Shown here: positions 38,224 through 49,420 of the stretch, piece by piece
Position numbering within the stretch: the first letter of the stretch is position 1
Layout of the letters: each line of letters opens with the position of its first letter
Origin: Seison nebaliae
Taxonomy: Eukaryota
Length of the DNA stretch: 53,689 nucleotides
Reading direction: 5' to 3'
Assembly: GCA_023231475.1 (NCBI GenBank)
Contig: JALJEE010001667.1
Coordinates: 1-53,689, forward strand
Translations under genes and position numbers: made by a program
Notes under the pieces: generated by a model
Told to the model about the DNA's origin: nothing
The model's input: only the letters and a program-made list of their open reading frames with translations
The model's database searches: none

Positions 38224-40931
38224 TCAATTATCGGTTGGAATTGTCGTCATTTTTCCGTTAGATATGGTTGATTTAAATTGTTCCGGTATCGGATGTTCCA
38301 CCTTGATAAAATTAAAAAATTATAAAAAAAAATATTTATAAAAAATTTCAAACAAAATCATTTTCGTCCGTTTTACTCGGAAATAAAACGGTAATTCCTG
38401 ATATCATCGATGTTACCAATTCAGTCTGTTCATGCGATTTCGATAAGTAGAATGAACAATCTTGTGTCTTGTCGAAACAGATAGTTGGAGCGTTAACCAA
38501 CACCTAATTTGAATGAGATTAAATAGAAGAAATTAAATTTTTCAATCGAACTTGTCCTTTACATCGTTGACAATTGATGAATTCGACGGAAGAAACGACT
38601 GAATCAAAACAGAAAGCCGTCTTCTTACACGAATCAATTACGATGTTACTGACTTTCCCGTTAATTTTGACGAAAGAATTGGAACATTTATAAATGTAAA
38701 CATTCTGTCTCATATCATCAACATCGATTATCACTTCATTATTATTTTCAACATATTCGACAATCCACTTCTTACCCTGAAGTTCGATACATGGTGCATT
38801 CGACTTCTTTTCCATTTTCGTTATAGAATGATTTTCTCTTATATTATTCTCTTCTTTATTCAGTTGTGCAGTTTGTCTGACTGATGAATTTTTATGAGTT
38901 ATTTCCTTTTTCTCAACTTTCTTCAACGTTTTTGTTATATCAAGACCTTGATTCAACTCCGAACAGAGAGCGTTCATTGCTGACTTCTGTTTATCATCTT
39001 CTTTTCCCTCTTCCAAATGAGTAAGGATATCGTCTGGTAAACATGGCGGTGGTGGTGGAGGTGCTGTAACTTTTGATGAATCATTTATATTATTATCATC
39101 CATCCACACAAGGCCATTTGTGTAATTTAATAATAAATATTGATTAATTTTTTTAAAAATCTTTTGGAATTTCGGAATAAATTCTCTTTAAAAAAAAATG
39201 AAATTAATTAAAGAAATTTGGGAATTGGAGAGAATTAATAAACTTGAAGATGGAGGAACGTAATGCACGATTAGCATAGAACTGTTGACATTCATGTACA
39301 TCGACTTGGAAGTCTTTTGGTTTGTTTTGCTATTGAGGAAATTCATGAAGAAAAAAAAAGAGAGAAGATACGAACAAAAATCCAATGGAAGATTTCCGCT
39401 GCTTTCGCCACCATCGTCAAATGATTGATATATTGAGAACCGTGATATGTTTGAGGGACATTCTAAAATTGGATTATAAATGAAATAAATTAAACGACGT
39501 GTAATAAAATGGAAATATAACAGATAATTCTGTTAACTTCTCCGAATATTTCTTTATCAATTTTTTCCTCTCATCAACATTCGGTTCCGATCTCGTTTTC
39601 GTTAATTGTACATAATTATTCGCTTCTTGTGCTACATCGACAAATAATGAAATGACTGTTTTCAATTCATCATTTTCATTCGTATAATTTTTCAAATATT
39701 CACTCAATTCATTCGTCAATGTCTCATATGCGTCTTGTGGTTTATCCGAATTAATTCCTTCTTTTTCAACCACATTATTTTCATTATGTTGCTAATAAGA
39801 GAATTGTAGAAGAGTGAAAAGAAAAAAGTGAAAACTTTGATCGTTGCCCATTTCAATCCAGTAGGATAATTCTCTTTGACATTCCCATATAATTCTTTCA
39901 TATATTCCAGAAATTTGGAGACGAATATTTTATGTGATCCATTCGAACTTTTTAAAATTAATTTAAATAAATTTCAAATTTCAAATATTCTAACTCGTCT
40001 TTGTATTCTTTAAGAATTCGATTTCCATAAAATTGAACTGAATCAATAACATTATTGATAGCATCATATGGCTTCACAGTCGTCTACGTTAAATAAAAGT
40101 TCAAAGTTTCTTTATAGATTTTTATATATAAATAAATTTAGATCTAACAGATACCCAACCATACATGGCAACACCTTCACTAATCAGTGAGAGATGATTC
40201 AAATATTTACTCTTTCTTTGATCATCTCTGTAATTTTGAGTTAGGACGATGGCGTCACTTAATGGTCCTAATAATAATTGAAAATCTTTCTAATATAAAT
40301 AGAATGAATAATTTCTAATTATTAAGCAGAATAATAAAGAACATTTGTTTTCCTTTCTAATCGACGACAAGACTCCAACAATTTATCATGCTCATTTGCT
40401 GACAAACACAATTTTTGGATCTTCAAAAAAAAATAATTTCAAAAAAATAATTACAATAAAAACTATTTTTTCTACTGATTTGTCGATCTGTTTGGCAGCG
40501 ATGAGAACTTGTTTCAATTTCGGATTGTCCATTTTAATTTGATTATTATTTGATTGTTTTTCTGATTTATCTTCGTCTGATTTATCGTAAGAAACAAAAG
40601 GGAATTTAATGAAATAAACCGAATATCATTTGGGCCAAGGCGGAACTTCCACCAATTTTTAATTTTGGTTTTTCTATTGATGATTTGTTGGAATTATTGT
40701 TCTAATGAAATTAAGAGATAGAAAGAATTGGAAAGAATATTTTTAATAAAAACTTTTTCGAAACGATTCTTCAAATCGTTAAAGTTAATTCTTTCTTTAT
40801 TATTCGTATCTGAATTGATGGAATGGAGAGAAGATAATTGAAGAAGAGTTTGTGATTCGAATAAATATTTTATCAGAAGATAAATAGGGTAATGTGAAGG
40901 GAATTGATGGGAAAGAGAAATAACCTTCCAT
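38224..40931 (-). CDS. CAP: Adenylyl cyclase-associated protein (CAP/Srv2) with two N-terminal helical domains, 13 introns
   Basis: NHLSLISEG..GW, FYGNRILKEYK, YPTGLKW, poly-Pro, WH2 (ELNQGLDITKTLKKV), CARP (KKWIVEY, VYIYKC, VSSVEFINC, EHPIPEQF). The 5' three exons are less certain. Confidence 0.92.
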
Positions 40932-41621
40932 TCTCACCAGCCGATGTTCGAAGAGAAAGATAAATATTTTTTTTGATAGATAATTTTTTTTTGATGTTAA
41001 AGACCGAAATATTCGCTTCCCTCTTTTCTATTGAATTCTTAAAGAATTGATGATAGAAAAGAAATAATCTGTAATATATTAACAAACGAATTAATGGAGA
41101 TATGAAGGAAAATTTATTAAAGTTCTTGAGGCAAATGAAGAAAGGTTCCTTCACCGCAATATTCGTGACCATACCACAATGACCAGAGAATGTTTATAAA
41201 TGATTCAAATTATTCGAATAATCAGATCATTCATTCACATTCTTTCTGGTGTTCGATCGTTTTAAAATGAAGCTTCTTTTCTCTCTTCAAATTCTCGTCA
41301 ATGTCAAATTTTCATTTGAATAATTTTTTAATTTACTCCCAAATTAATCATCTAAAAGAAGACGAGAGAAATATTTAGAATAAACATTCGAATTTTTCAT
41401 GATGATAATTATATTTTTATTAATTTTATCAAAATATAAATTTTGAGTATAAACTTCCAAAGAATGGAAGAGAAAAAAATTTGAAAAAAAATGAAAAAAT
41501 TTATTGTCTATTTAAATTTCATTCGTTTGACAATTCTAAAATTTCCAATTTCTATAATATTGAATAATTAATTATAATTTTTGTCGACATTGAATTTAAT
41601 GAATGAATAATTAATTAGGAA

Positions 41622-41873
41622 TTAGTTACAATATTTCTTTAAAACATCATCTACTTCATTAGGACGACGAACGGTATATCGATGATTATAAGCGAGAACG
41701 ATATCTTTGTCGGTTTTGAAGAATCTGTCTTTTCCATACGCCAATCCGAAGAAGAGAAATGATCCCGCTAAAATGACGACATGTTCCGGATAAGTGTTCC
41801 ATGCCCAATTCATAAAATTGCCTTTCTTCCATGCGGCTTGTGATAATCGATATGACGCTCGTGGAAGTACCAT
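41622..41873 (-). CDS. Small single-TM protein resembling invertebrate complex I subunit NDUFA3
   Basis: 83 aa; AWNTYPE before the TM helix and Y..RYTVRRP after it resemble the protostome NDUFA3 pattern (from memory, not a search). Confidence 0.6.
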   Translation of the reverse strand: MVLPRASYRLSQAAWKKGNFMNWAWNTYPEHVVILAGSFLFFGLAYGKDRFFKTDKDIVLAYNHRYTVRRPNEVDDVLKKYCN

Positions 41874-42020
41874 AATGAATTGGTAATTCTAAAATTAAAA
41901 AATTTAATGATAATTCTAATGAAGAAGAAAACGAAATAAAATTAAAAATAAATAATTATGAAAATGAGAGATAAATCGAATAAGAATGAAATGAATTTAC
42001 TCGGAGAGAATTTAAAGAAA

Positions 42021-45000
42021 TTAAATGTGATTAATCAATGTCAATAATGATGGAAATGGAGAGAGGTTAGGTGAAGAGATTGTAGTGGTGGTGCTGTTTG
42101 TCGATTGTGGAATATTGAAATTAAGTTTCTGAGTCTCTTCTATCACAATTTCTTGGAATGTTCGTTGAGTGAGTTGTGAAGGTGAAATGAAACCGATGGC
42201 ATCGATGAAAGGACGTTGATATTGATTAGGTGATGATAAATATTCTTCATCTGATGTATATGATTGACGGATACTAGGCTTACGACGACAGACATATTTC
42301 TCCACTTCGATCGGCCATTCAGTATGATGAAGATTATCATATAATCGAAGTGTGAGACGTTCATAATTATTGCGAATAAGTGAAAGAATTTCTTCTTCAG
42401 TGAGTGTCTGCAAATTATTCTTTTCTTTATAATTTTCAATAACTTCATTGAAATGATGATAAACACCACGAATATTGATGAGTTGATTCACAAGAAAAAT
42501 ACAAAATAATTTATATTTTTTATCAGTTCTCGTATGTTGACATGCTAATTCATGAGTTCGTTCGTAACTTTGATGGAAGACACGTAACAATTCGTAATAA
42601 AGAACGTCGTACATATCGATTGAATGAAGAAATCGATCACCATGAGTAACGAATACGTTGATTATACAAACGATCTTCGATTGAAGAATGAAAATGTTAA
42701 TGTTGTTATTGAGGAAAGTGGTAGAGTTCTTGTGGAGGAATTGCATCAATTGATGAAGAGCAGTCCATAATTGGAGCCAATCGTACGTAATTCGAATACA
42801 ATATTCTTTCAAATAAATAACAATTCGTTGTATGATAGTTAATGAGAGGAGATAGAGATGAATAGGAAATTTTTTCGTTAAATGAGTTTCAATATATTCA
42901 ATCATCAAATCGATGAAAGATGTCAATAATTGTCGATGATTCGAATAATCCATTTCACTATTAGTCGAAATAACTTCCGATTGATTTTTCGACGAATATT
43001 TCGATTGATCATTTTCATCATTTGATAAATTGGTTACAGATTGATCTCCTGATGAAATTGAAGGTTGTGTGAGAGTGGAAGGATTTTTTGAAATTTTCCT
43101 ACGATATTTCGGACGTGCACGTCTCAAATTAATACTGAAAGTGTTAGACGGATCAGAAATGAATGACATGAGAAATTCTGATTCTCTAGAAATAAATTCG
43201 AGGAGAAGGAAAGTGATATCGATATTTACTTTAACGTCATCCAATCGATAATTCTGATAAACGATACTCGAATATTCTAAGAGAATGACGAGACCGTTTC
43301 GGATGGTTTGTGAAGTAGATAATTTTCGATGATGTGAAGAAATTGAAACATCAGATGTTCCTCGATTATTATTCAAGTTTGATACGTTTTCAATACGTTC
43401 CGTTTTGAGTTGATTATAATCGATATTGTCAGAAGAATTTTCATTTTCCATCAATTCTTCGATTTCTTTCGATATATCCTCCTTCATTTTCTCATCTGAT
43501 AAATTTGAATTATTATTTAAATTTTTATTTATTAATTCATCTTCGTCTTGTTCATTTTGAGTAAAGTCGCTACAATCTACAATTAAATTAACTGTTGTTG
43601 TTGTATTGGTGGCCATTGTGGTAGAGGAAGAGGAAGAAGAAGAAGAAGTCGATTGAATTATTTTTCGTTTATCATTTGTCGATTCATTGGGACATTTGGT
43701 TGATGAATATTCGAGAATAATCGATTCCATTGTAAACGAATGATCAGTCCAATCAATAGATGGAATTAACAAATCATCAATATGTTCCGCCACACTCGTA
43801 TTGGGAAAAATGAAAGAAATACTTTTATTCAATTCCAACAACTTCAACAACAACAACAAATAAACATTATCCAATTTCATCATTTCGTTCTTGCTTTGTT
43901 GACGTTGTGAATCGGTGACGAATAAATTGGAAACAGCATTTGTCAGAGAGCCGATCCAAGACGATTTCTTCTCATGAGAAACGGATTTGGCGGAGGATGT
44001 TGTCGTTGTCTGATCGTTGGAATAATCGTCATTGTTACAGATGAATTTGAGGAAAGCGGCGAGAATTATTTGAATAATATTAATGAGAATTAATTCGTCT
44101 TGAAATTTCGATAATTGATCAATAAAAATTTCGCCGATATGATGAATAAAATGATCTTTATGTTCTAGATTTAATGTTGGTGATTTCTTTAAAAATTCCA
44201 TATCAATCCTCTCATTGAGACTCTTTTCATGATCAAATCGAAATACGGAATGTTTCGAATTAAATAAATTCAAATTAATGGAGAAAAAGAGAATGTGAAT
44301 AAATTCATGAGAGAATATATAAAGTTCTTTTCGTGCAGTAGATTGAAGGAGTAGAACTAATGATTGGAATAATCTCATTTCTTTCTTCACATCAACGAGT
44401 AGAATATTATCGATTAATTCATTCGATTTGAGTGAATAAAATAAAATGTTCATAGGCAATTCAAATTGAAAAATGGAACAAGGAAATAATTGAAAAAAAG
44501 TTTCCATTAATTCATTATTAGCTAATTGATTGGATTGTACATTTTCTCCTTCTGACGACCAATTCGTTATGTTTTCCATTCCACTCCATTGAACGGAAGG
44601 AATGAAGAGAATTAATAAAAATTGGAGATGTAATCGTTTCACTAAAACGGATAAATGAAGATTCTCTAATGATTCATATATGGAATCGATGAAAGAATTC
44701 CATTCGTCCATATCTTTCGAAAAGAGTTGAAGGAAAATTGTCGTCTTAAAACAATTTAAGGAAATATTCATTTTATCGAAATGTTTTTTGAAGAAAACTT
44801 TCTGATAATATGAATCAGATTCCATATATTCTTCTTCTGATTTCTCTTCATTCGTTTCATTCAATTCCATTTCATTTTCTTCATCGATCAAAAAAATGAG
44901 AAGTGGAGACAAAACTTTCTGATAATTATCGATAGAAGAATGAATTTTCGTCAAGACGATTTGTTGGAATGTCAAGAGAAGTTGGAGAGAATGAAGATGA

Positions 45001-45269
45001 CGAATGACATGATATCGACGATTATTCATATCGAGAATTCGAATGGTATTTTCAAAAAGTAAACGGAAATTCTTCCTCAAATCGATCACTTGTCCAATCG
45101 AATAATCTTTCATCGACTCCCAAATATAATTAATATCACATCGGAGTAGAAATAATTCATCGAAGAATTGTTTATCCATTTTATCGTCATTTGCTGGAAG
45201 TAAGAAATAATCGATCATCTGTTGAAATTTCGGTTGGAGAATGACCACTTTCTCCTTCTTCTTATTCAT
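42021..45269 (-). CDS. ARMH3: Armadillo-like helical domain-containing protein 3 (C10orf76/UPF0668), single coding exon
   Basis: KEKVV..FFDELFLL at the N-terminus; YDWLQLWTAL, NVFVTHGDRFL..YDVLYYELLR, NYERLTLRL at the C-terminus. Confidence 0.9.
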   Translation of the reverse strand: MNKKKEKVVILQPKFQQMIDYFLLPANDDKMDKQFFDELFLLRCDINYIWESMKDYSIGQVIDLRKNFRLLFENTIRILDMNNRRYHVIRHLHSLQLLLTFQQIVLTKIHSSIDNYQKVLSPLLIFLIDEENEMELNETNEEKSEEEYMESDSYYQKVFFKKHFDKMNISLNCFKTTIFLQLFSKDMDEWNSFIDSIYESLENLHLSVLVKRLHLQFLLILFIPSVQWSGMENITNWSSEGENVQSNQLANNELMETFFQLFPCSIFQFELPMNILFYSLKSNELIDNILLVDVKKEMRLFQSLVLLLQSTARKELYIFSHEFIHILFFSINLNLFNSKHSVFRFDHEKSLNERIDMEFLKKSPTLNLEHKDHFIHHIGEIFIDQLSKFQDELILINIIQIILAAFLKFICNNDDYSNDQTTTTSSAKSVSHEKKSSWIGSLTNAVSNLFVTDSQRQQSKNEMMKLDNVYLLLLLKLLELNKSISFIFPNTSVAEHIDDLLIPSIDWTDHSFTMESIILEYSSTKCPNESTNDKRKIIQSTSSSSSSSSTTMATNTTTTVNLIVDCSDFTQNEQDEDELINKNLNNNSNLSDEKMKEDISKEIEELMENENSSDNIDYNQLKTERIENVSNLNNNRGTSDVSISSHHRKLSTSQTIRNGLVILLEYSSIVYQNYRLDDVKVNIDITFLLLEFISRESEFLMSFISDPSNTFSINLRRARPKYRRKISKNPSTLTQPSISSGDQSVTNLSNDENDQSKYSSKNQSEVISTNSEMDYSNHRQLLTSFIDLMIEYIETHLTKKFPIHLYLLSLTIIQRIVIYLKEYCIRITYDWLQLWTALHQLMQFLHKNSTTFLNNNINIFILQSKIVCIINVFVTHGDRFLHSIDMYDVLYYELLRVFHQSYERTHELACQHTRTDKKYKLFCIFLVNQLINIRGVYHHFNEVIENYKEKNNLQTLTEEEILSLIRNNYERLTLRLYDNLHHTEWPIEVEKYVCRRKPSIRQSYTSDEEYLSSPNQYQRPFIDAIGFISPSQLTQRTFQEIVIEETQKLNFNIPQSTNSTTTTISSPNLSPFPSLLTLINHI

Positions 45270-46012
45270 TCTAATATGAATAATGAGAAAATGAAAGAAA
45301 CTGAAATGATTTCATATAAAAGAGAGAAACTTTAGAAAGTTTAATTGAATTCTCTCAAATTGTCTTTACTCAACACAAACTACTTAACACAATCAATCGT
45401 TTCTCAATTGGAAAAGAAGAGAAATGAAAGAAATGGAGAGCAACAACATTCACTCCATTTCGCACCACTTACAAATGAACTGCAAATAATATTTTTCTCC
45501 TTCTTCCAAATTACTTTCTCATTTCTTTTATTGTTCTGTCTATCTGTCTTTTTTTTATCTGTATTCTTCAAATGTATTCTTATGTGGATGTATGTAAACG
45601 AGTGATTTGCATTTCAACTTTCTCAATAAAAGTTAAATTGTTTGAAAAAAAAAAAGAAAGATGATTTCAGAAGCGGTAATAATAAATGTTTTAGTTATTT
45701 GAAAATTGTTGATGGGAAGAAAATTTCGAATAAATTCGAATAGTTTTTTTTACTATATTCAAAAAGTTGGCTTATCAACTCACGAAACAACAACAGTGAT
45801 TAATTTCGTTAATCTAATCAATTTATCGGTGTTACTTGATCATTTCGTACATCCGATAACGGAATGAGATTGGAGATATATATTTCTAATGTTCTAATTC
45901 TATTCTATTTCATTTGAATATTTCCGAATTAATTCAAATTATTTCAAATATCATTTCTCTTATTCAATTGATGAATTGATGAGATTAGTGAAGTGATTAA
46001 TTAATATATACA

Positions 46013-46381
46013 GTGAGAATGAATGTGAAGGAGGGATGGCTATTGAGACGAAGTACACATATGAAAACATGGCGCTCCAGATATTTTGTGTTGAAAGCAG
46101 ACGGATCATTCCTTTCCTATCATCAAGCGACGGGATTGAATGAACAGAAACCGGAGAATGATTTTACTATAAACGATTGTCAAATTATTAGTAGTGAGAA
46201 ACCGAAAGCTAATTCTTTCATCATTCGCGGTTTACAATGGTCGTCGATTGTGGAGAGAACATTTGTAGCGAAATCAGGTGAAGAACGAACCGAATGGATT
46301 TCCACCATTTATTCCATAAGAAATTTATTGAAAGATAATCCATTATTATTACGACAACCAATCATCCAACAAATCTCCTCT

Positions 46382-46412
<31 letters not shown>

Positions 46413-48406
46413 ATTATTCGATGATGGAAATGGATGATAATTGTTCGAATGATTTATCGATAAATCGCAATAATTGTACGTCATCGATTCGACGATCATG
46501 CAGGAATTCATTCAAAATTGATGGTTTTGGAAAGAAGCAGAAACAGACAAAACAATTTCAAAAAAGAGTTTCAATTCATGATTTCCATTTGATTAAAGTG
46601 TTGGGACGTGGAAGTTTTGGTAAGGTCGTTCTCTCCGAACATAAATCGACGAATAATATTTATGCGATAAAAATTTTGAAAAAACAATTAATTTTAGCGA
46701 AAGATGAAGTGAGTCATATTTTGACGGAGAATAAAGTCTTAAAATCTACAAGTCATCCATTTCTCACGTCATTGAAATATGCATTTCAGACGATGGATCA
46801 TCTTTGTTTCGTTATGGAATTTGCGACAGGTGGAGAATTATTTTTCCATCTTCAACGAGATAAACGGTTTAATGAAGAACGTGTCTGTTTTTATACAGGA
46901 GAAATAACTTTGGCATTAGGATATCTTCATGATAATGATATTGTTTATCGAGATATTAAATTGGAGAATCTTCTTCTCGATCAATTTGGTCATATTAAAA
47001 TAACAGATTTTGGTTTATGTAAAGAAATTGATTATAATTCAGCGACAAAGACATTTTGTGGAACACCCGAATATTTGGCACCAGAAGTATTGGAAGATAC
47101 TCGATATAATCGAGCTGTCGATTGGTGGTCGTTAGGAGTGGTAACTTTTGAAATGTTGACAGGTCGACTTCCATTCAATAGTCGTGATACTCAGAAATTA
47201 TTTGAAATGATTTTATTGGAAGCACCATCATTTCCTACTGATGTTCCATTAAGTAAAGAAGCATTTCATTTACTTTGTGGTCTACTCATAAAGAATCCGA
47301 TAAAGAGATTAGGTGGTGGAATTCATGATTATAAAGAATTATTAGTTCATCCATTCTTCGCTAATATAAATTGGAGGAATTTATATGATCGAAAAATCGA
47401 ACCACCATTCAAACCGGAAATCGCTTCCACAACTGACACTCGATATTTCGATAATGAATTTACGAAACAAGCCGTTTGTCTAACTCCACCCAATACGAAC
47501 GAATTAGATTATTTCCATAAACGAGATTACGCTTTCTCCAATTTCTCTTATAATCCATCAATAAATTCAATTCATTCTTATGACGAAGATTCATCATCAG
47601 TCGACCATCAATTAATTAATGTGGATGATGGAAAATTATTATCTACACTTAATTCACTTCGATCTAATCAACTACTCATAAATGGAATGAATGAATCATT
47701 AAATGATTTGTCTTCATTCCATATGGTGAGTCAGGATTTGATGAATATTGTTTTTAGTAAATCTTTCGATAATAAACAAGTTTGTGATGAAGAAATGTTA
47801 AATAAGAATAGTTCAATTCCAATCGCTTTCACCGCCACTGCTACAACAGCATTCGCCAATAATCATTTGGAAGAAATGTCATCTCATCCAACTTCATCCA
47901 CATCATCCAATGGTGGTTCGAATAAAGTAAAGAAACCATTTCCAAATCTTCAAAAATTATTGAAACTTCCATTATTTAAAAAATCGAATAATTTAGTGAA
48001 TACGACGAATAATAAAAATGAGAATTTCGATAATAAAAATGTGAGTTCTCTCTCATCATTATTAGATGATCCACATCTCTTTCAATTACAAGCGACTCTC
48101 AATGAACAGAGATATAAAAAGAATTTATATGATATTTTCTCCAAAGCGGAAGATGTGAAAAGTCGAAAAGATTTACATCAATTAAATCCCTCAATAAATC
48201 ACACCGACAATTCTCACAACAATAACAACAACAACAATAATAATAATAAATTTATTCAATTCCATAATAAACCAATTCTATCTCAAAATCATTTATTTCT
48301 CAGTGATACTGATAATTTTATTCAACAGACGACTAACTCAAATTTAACTTTCCATCATCGTCCCAATCAGGAGGATGATATTCTCATGGACAACTTGTGT
48401 ACTTAA
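46013..48406 (+). CDS. AKT: RAC-family Ser/Thr kinase Akt/PKB (first ATG 46019; a short upstream exon is possible)
   Basis: PH domain (VKEGWL..KTWRSRYF..LQWSSIVERTF), kinase (GRGSFGKV, YRDIKLEN, DFGLCKE, TFCGTPEYLAPE), TRYFD..FT, turn motif LTPP, hydrophobic motif FSNFSY. Confidence 0.96.
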
Positions 48407-49420
48407 CACTCACGATTTAACGCGATCTCATTTATTCAATTCAATTGATTTGCTCTTACATTTTATTTCTTATCAATTCACTCTCCTTTTGTCCAATTTC
48501 CATATTTAATTTTATTTCTATTTCATTTCGAGAGAAAGCATCCAATGCTTTCCATTTTAATATCAAATAAATCATTCTTTAATCGAGTTAATTGAGAAGG
48601 AAACAAGTTTATTATTATAAGAAAAAAATTAATTAATCACAAAATACTTTTTTAATAATCACTATTATTTCTCCATAGGCGAATAATTCAACAATTTCTC
48701 AATTAGATCCACATGAGATAACAACATTCGACGACAGCAATATCTGTGTAATTGTAATTCATCTAATGCATCTCTTAAAACAGATTCTCATCATTTGTCG
48801 ACAAATAATATAAGACTAACCCTTCACTACTTCCCTCCGTCAATAGTTTCAAATATTTCTCCCATTTATTTCCCGTAACCTTTCCACAAGTGAAGCAACG
48901 AATTGGTATAATCATTCTGTACTCAACTTCACAAGTTCAATCAGTATAATATATTAGAAAATAATAATATTCGTTTCCACAGCTAATTATTTTAATTCAA
49001 CTTCGAACTTATAAAATATTGATAATAATTTGTGACAGCATCGCACTATTCGGAAAAGCCGTTGACATCTACTCACAAAAATTATAAGGTTAAAAGAAAG
49101 TTTTATTCTAATTTAAATTCAACATATCTGTCAACTAAATATTCTGAATTAATATCCTATTATAAATATATCATTATTATGAATCAGTTAGAGTAATTCA
49201 AAATCAAATTATAATAATTTTGTGCACAACTAATGCACAAATAGTAATTTCATAAAAATATTGAACAATGAAAAATAAAAAGAGTTTCAATTCAAACTGG
49301 AAATATTCATAAGTGAGAGATAAATATTTATGAAATATTCAACTTACAGTTGAAGAAAATTTCTTATTAATTTTCATATTTATCTATACCTCTCAGTATC
49401 ATATAATTTACTCACGTAAA

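Noticed and set aside
31221..40931. Alternative genetic code, frameshifting or pseudogenes as the cause of fragmented ORFs
   Set aside because: All stops and frame changes fall inside short GT..AG introns, and the long single-exon ORFs translate normally with the standard code.
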